Below are positions 59,917-64,000 of a stretch of 64,000 bases of DNA, piece after piece. The DNA comes from an uncultured Armatimonadetes bacterium (GTDB taxonomy: Bacteria > Armatimonadota > UBA5829 > DTJY01), in contig OY970325.1 of NCBI GenBank assembly GCA_963717145.1, positions 1,888,001-1,952,000 of the forward strand. The letters run 5' to 3'. Each line of letters opens with the position of its first letter. The stretch's first letter is position 1. The notes beneath the pieces were generated by a model. That model did no database searches and was not told the origin of the DNA. It saw only the letters and a program-made list of their open reading frames with translations. A program made the position numbers and the translations under genes.

Positions 59917-60939
59917 TTAGCCAGGGAAGCCCTCCCGGCGGAGACGAGCGCCCACGGCCCGAAGGGTCATCTCGTCCTCAGGGTCGATCCGGCCGTCGGG
60001 AAGCGGACCGGTGTTGAGAAGCAGATTGCATCCTCGCTCGCGGGCACAACGTAGAATCTCCCACACCTCGTCCGCCGTCTTATGCTGTCCGGCCAGGTGA
60101 GCGGGGTATCCCCAGACCTTCCCCGGGTAGATGGTCGTGCATATCTCGACGGGCTTGTCGGTCGCTTCGGTGGCCTTGTACTCCGGCGCTCGGAAATCCT
60201 CAGTTCCCAACAGGCCTTCCTTGTAGGAGATGAGAGCCTGAGGCTGGAGGGATCGGATCATGTCATACAGTTCCTGCACTCTGAACCTGCTGTGATCGCC
60301 CGATCGAGGGATCGCAAGTCCATCGAGCCAGATGCCCGCAACAGGGCCGTAGTTCGTGAGCAGTTCCCTGATCTGGGCGGCCATGAACTCAACGTAAACG
60401 GAGAGATGGTGCGCATCACCGTAGGCATAAGCAGGATCCGGGGGGTCGTACTTTGGGCGTGGGTTCCCGCCCCATTCGTCGTTGTTCGGAGCATGAGGAT
60501 GCTTCCAGTCGCGTCCGTGGGAGTAATAGAAGAACAGGCCGAGTCCCCGCTTCCGGCAGGATTCGGCCAGTTCGCCAACGAGGTCTCGACGGGCCGGAGC
60601 ATTCATGCTGTTGAAAGAGGTTTCCCTGGTGACGAACAGGCAGAATGACTCATGATGGCGAGTAGTGATGTTGATATACCTCATGCCGCAGCCAATCGCG
60701 AAATCGGCAATACGGTCGGCGTCGAATCTCTCGGCGGCAAAGTCATCGATCAGCTTCTCATACTCAGCAACCGGGATCTTCTCCAGGTATTGAGCCCATT
60801 CATGTCGTGCCAGGAGCGAATATAGGCCGTAGTGCAGGAACAGCCCGTACTTCGCGTCGCGAAACCACGAGACGGCCGCCGCCCGTGGGTCTTTGGCATA
60901 CTGATCCTCATAGCCTTCGAGATAAGATGGGATGTCCAT
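59917..60939 (-). CDS. Alpha-L-fucosidase (GH29)
   Basis: WFRDAKYGLFLHYGLYS, TTRHHESFCLF, ELLTNYG..WLDG and NLLLNTGP motifs. Confidence 0.92.
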   Translation of the reverse strand: MDIPSYLEGYEDQYAKDPRAAAVSWFRDAKYGLFLHYGLYSLLARHEWAQYLEKIPVAEYEKLIDDFAAERFDADRIADFAIGCGMRYINITTRHHESFCLFVTRETSFNSMNAPARRDLVGELAESCRKRGLGLFFYYSHGRDWKHPHAPNNDEWGGNPRPKYDPPDPAYAYGDAHHLSVYVEFMAAQIRELLTNYGPVAGIWLDGLAIPRSGDHSRFRVQELYDMIRSLQPQALISYKEGLLGTEDFRAPEYKATEATDKPVEICTTIYPGKVWGYPAHLAGQHKTADEVWEILRCARERGCNLLLNTGPLPDGRIDPEDEMTLRAVGARLRREGFPG

Positions 60940-61024
60940 CAGCTTCTCCTCGGGTAGCCGCGTTGATCTCCGCGACCGCCTCAACGCTCGGTTTGTAGGT
61001 CACGCCCCACTCGCTCGACCGAGT

Positions 61025-62473
61025 TCATTCTTTGACCTCGCGCAACCGGCGGGCGGCCGTTTCCAGTGGAACCTGTCGCGGATCGCCATACGGCTCAGTC
61101 CATGATATGCCGACATTCCGAACGCCAACACCGGTCAGTCGCCGGCAGAGGTCGAGGGTCAGGCGACTCCGCACCTCGATCAGCGACGGATCATCGAACC
61201 GATTGTCCGACTCGCCTGGATCCTTCTCCAGATCATACAGCTCGCAGACATCGTCGTAGTAGACCGAGAGCTTGTAATGCCCGTCGGTGATCGCCGCTCC
61301 CGGGCCGAAGTTGTTCGGCGCAAACGGGGCCTTCTGCGGGCCGTATGGCGCGGGCCAGGTTGGAGCTTGCGTTCCCGCCTCGATGAGGACATTCGGACGT
61401 CCGTCACCCAGCTTCCCCTCCACGAGCCTCTGATGCAGGCTCTCCCCGACGAACGACAGCGGCCTCTCGATCCCCAGCGCCTCCAAGATCGTCGGGGCGA
61501 GATCGATCTGCTCCACAAGCCCGTCGAAGACGCCGTGGTACACCCCGTCGGGATGGCGAATGATCACGGGGATGCGCGTGAGACAATCGTAGAAGACGCC
61601 GATCTTATGCCATGCGCCTTGATCGCCGAGGAACTCGCCGTGATCCGAAAGGAATACAACCAGGGTGTCCTCGGCACGACCGGTATCCTCGAGGGCGTCC
61701 AGAATACGGCCGACCGAATCATCGACATATCGAATCTGACCCATGTAGGCGGCCCTCGCCTCCCGTATCTCGTCGTCGGTCGCCTCGATGGCCTGGCAGT
61801 TCGCCTGCCAGTTGGTCAGCCGGCGCGGCTTGCCCGATCCTCCGCCCTCCCGATACCTCGGCGGACGCTCGATCTGATCCCGCTCGAACATCGAGAAGTA
61901 AGGCTCCGGGCAGGTGAACGCGGGATGCGGGTCCTGCCAGTTGACCCACGCCAGGAAAGGCTCGGTTTGCCTGCGGATGAAATCGATCGTCTCATCAGCA
62001 AGGCGTCCGGTGATGTTGTACGGATGGTCGGCCTCCATCGCGAAGGCATCGAACGACCGCCGATACTTCGGGTGATCGTCGTAGTTGCCGACACATATCT
62101 CGTCCAGCTCGTCCCAGACGGCGGGCAGTTGATCGGCGTTGAAGCAGTGGTTCTTCCCGAACATGCCGGTGCGATAGCCCGCTTCCCTGAGCGAGCGGAC
62201 GAGGTTCGGCACAGCGTAGTCGATCGTGGATCCGTAGGTCCTGTGTCCATGCTCCGACATGCGGGTCGAGGTCACGAGGCTGATCCGGCTGGGACCGCAC
62301 AGGGGCGCGGCACAATAGGCTCGATTGAGCCTCACTCCCTCCGAAGCCAGGCGGTCGATGTTTGAGGTCCCGATCGTGGGATGGCCATAGCACGAGAGGT
62401 AGTCGGCCCGAAGCTGGTCAGGGCAGAGAATGAGAAGGTTCAGCCGTCCGTCTGAATGTGTTCGTCGCTTCAT
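61025..62473 (-). CDS. Sulfatase
   Basis: DQLRAD, CGPSR (CxPxR formylglycine motif), GKNH, DPHPAF and SDHGE motifs. Confidence 0.92.
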   Translation of the reverse strand: MKRRTHSDGRLNLLILCPDQLRADYLSCYGHPTIGTSNIDRLASEGVRLNRAYCAAPLCGPSRISLVTSTRMSEHGHRTYGSTIDYAVPNLVRSLREAGYRTGMFGKNHCFNADQLPAVWDELDEICVGNYDDHPKYRRSFDAFAMEADHPYNITGRLADETIDFIRRQTEPFLAWVNWQDPHPAFTCPEPYFSMFERDQIERPPRYREGGGSGKPRRLTNWQANCQAIEATDDEIREARAAYMGQIRYVDDSVGRILDALEDTGRAEDTLVVFLSDHGEFLGDQGAWHKIGVFYDCLTRIPVIIRHPDGVYHGVFDGLVEQIDLAPTILEALGIERPLSFVGESLHQRLVEGKLGDGRPNVLIEAGTQAPTWPAPYGPQKAPFAPNNFGPGAAITDGHYKLSVYYDDVCELYDLEKDPGESDNRFDDPSLIEVRSRLTLDLCRRLTGVGVRNVGISWTEPYGDPRQVPLETAARRLREVKE

Positions 62474-62484
62474 GCTGTCTCCCC

Positions 62485-63727
62485 CTACCCCGGATCACAG
62501 TCCGCCAGCCATTCGTCAGTCAGATACCGGCCGAGTAGGAAGTGCTTGCGATCAGGATAGAACAGTATCCGCTCGCCCGCATCCTCCACCAGGCTGCAAT
62601 AAGTCGCAACCTGAGTGCCCGTGTCCGCCCCGGAAATCGGCGTCCAGTCCGTCGAGGCGAAGAGCTTCGGCGGACCGAATCGGATCGGCTGATCCCTGTC
62701 CGCAACCTCCCGCCCGATTGTTATGTAGGCCGGATTGCGCACGTTGATGCTGTCGGTCGGCCCTCGACCGCCGTGCCCTGAGCCGTCGTTATTGTAATAG
62801 ACGAGCAGGTATCGGCCGTCCCTCAGCTTATACAGTGGACAGGGCGCCATCGGATGCGGGATAGGTTTCCCACCGGGCTCATATCTCAACGGCCGCGGAT
62901 CATCCCACGTTCGGCCGTCATCCTCCGAGAGAGCATAGTAGATCATGCCACGAAGGGTCCGCATCACGACAATCAGCCGACCATCCGAAAACGCCTGAAC
63001 CGTCGGCTCCTGAGCGGTATTGATACCCTCGCGGAATGGATTCGGGACTGCGAGTCCGTGCGGCGACTTTGGCCAGGTGCTGACGATCAGCTTCTCGGGA
63101 TCGGACCCCGACAGGATATTCTCGAATCGCAGAAAACAGATCTCGGATGCGCGCTCGAACATCCCGACGCCGGGATCGATGGCATTGCTCGCCCATCGAG
63201 TGAACCCCGCCAGAACCGCTCCCTCAGGGGTGACGCCGGGATTCTGGAAGACGATCCATGTAGGCGGAATGCTCGGGTCCCGGATGGCTGATGGCATTGG
63301 GGGCGATCGCGAAATCAAATGTACCGCTCCAGGTGATTCCGTCGTCCTCCGAGTAACGGCCTCGCAGGACCCCGGTGTCGGCGGTCCGGGCATCGTCGAT
63401 GCCGATGTTCTTGTTGTAGAAGCACCAGATTCGGCGAGAAGAAACGATCAGGAACTGCCAGCTTGCGAGGCCGGTACCCGGAGGATCATTCGGCGTCGGG
63501 CCGTCGATCACTTGAGGAGCGGTCCAGGTGTGCCCACGATCAACCGAGCGGCTGAAGACGACTCGCTGGTCCGGGTTGCTCTCACGAGTCGCAGTGGTCC
63601 ATGTGGCCAGGAACGCGCCACCGGGAGTAGCGACGACATTGAAGTGCTGGTTCGCGTGATCGAGGCCGCCGGGTTTCTCCGGTATGTAGACCAGCAGATC
63701 GGGATTCGTTCGCTCCCACTCGTGCAT
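62485..63727 (-). CDS. Sialidase/BNR-repeat beta-propeller protein (frameshift near 63280)
   Basis: Asp-boxes SVDRGHTW, SEDDGITW and SEDDGRTW across two ORFs that join as AISHPDPSIPPTW on removing one G. Confidence 0.78.
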
Positions 63728-63735
63728 GATGTTCC

Positions 63736-64000
63736 TCACAGGTATTCCGAATACAGCGCCGTCTCGGCATCGACGATCGAGCCGTCGGGAAGCGCATACT
63801 GATTGGGAGTAACGCCCTCGTATGTGAGCCGCCCCTGGGTCGCCCGTTCGAGGTCGGCCTTCCGCGTGGCATACAGGCTCTCCCACGACTCGCCGTCACG
63901 CCACAGAAGCTCGTGCAGATCGGCCTCGACTCCCGCCAGGTTCCGCTCCTCGCAGGGATCGCTCACCATGTCGAAGAGCACCGGCGGATACTCCGGGAAC
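63736..64000 (-). CDS. Probable sulfatase, C-terminal part (runs off window)
   Basis: PPVLFDMVSDPCEERNLA matches the L(F/Y)D...DP.E..NL sulfatase tail. Confidence 0.65.
   Translation of the reverse strand, partial: FPEYPPVLFDMVSDPCEERNLAGVEADLHELLWRDGESWESLYATRKADLERATQGRLTYEGVTPNQYALPDGSIVDAETALYSEYL

Overview
GC-rich bacterial chromosomal window. Armatimonadota is inferred from the PEP-CTERM proteins, an AAILFPVFARAR pilin-like protein, a DUF6785-like membrane protein and a recurring C-terminal surface module. Core content: a HAS-barrel/NurA pair, tRNA-Leu(TAA), lpdA, selB, folK, two PilC/GspF genes, a DnaJ-TPR protein, two SIS-domain proteins, an M20 peptidase, an MFS transporter, a class III aminotransferase, mscL, signalling proteins, a radical SAM enzyme, an ECF sigma factor, and many secreted glycan-active enzymes and sulfatases. 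The most striking unexplained structure is a module that occurs three times (25402-26342, 36105-36963, 53055-53924). Each copy is a ~220-aa helical plus FN3-like protein ending in Ala-Ala, preceded by its own tandem array of degenerate, internally palindromic 21-bp units; the three arrays are unrelated in sequence. The window is also dense in REP/REPIN-like palindromes of many families, some nested, some supplying stop codons and three inserted in frame in genes. It also holds two candidate leader-peptide attenuators, a candidate type I toxin-antitoxin locus and defence-like remnants. Several single-base frameshifts at short homopolymers suggest assembly error, so split genes should be treated cautiously. 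All family calls come from motif recognition by eye, not database searches.
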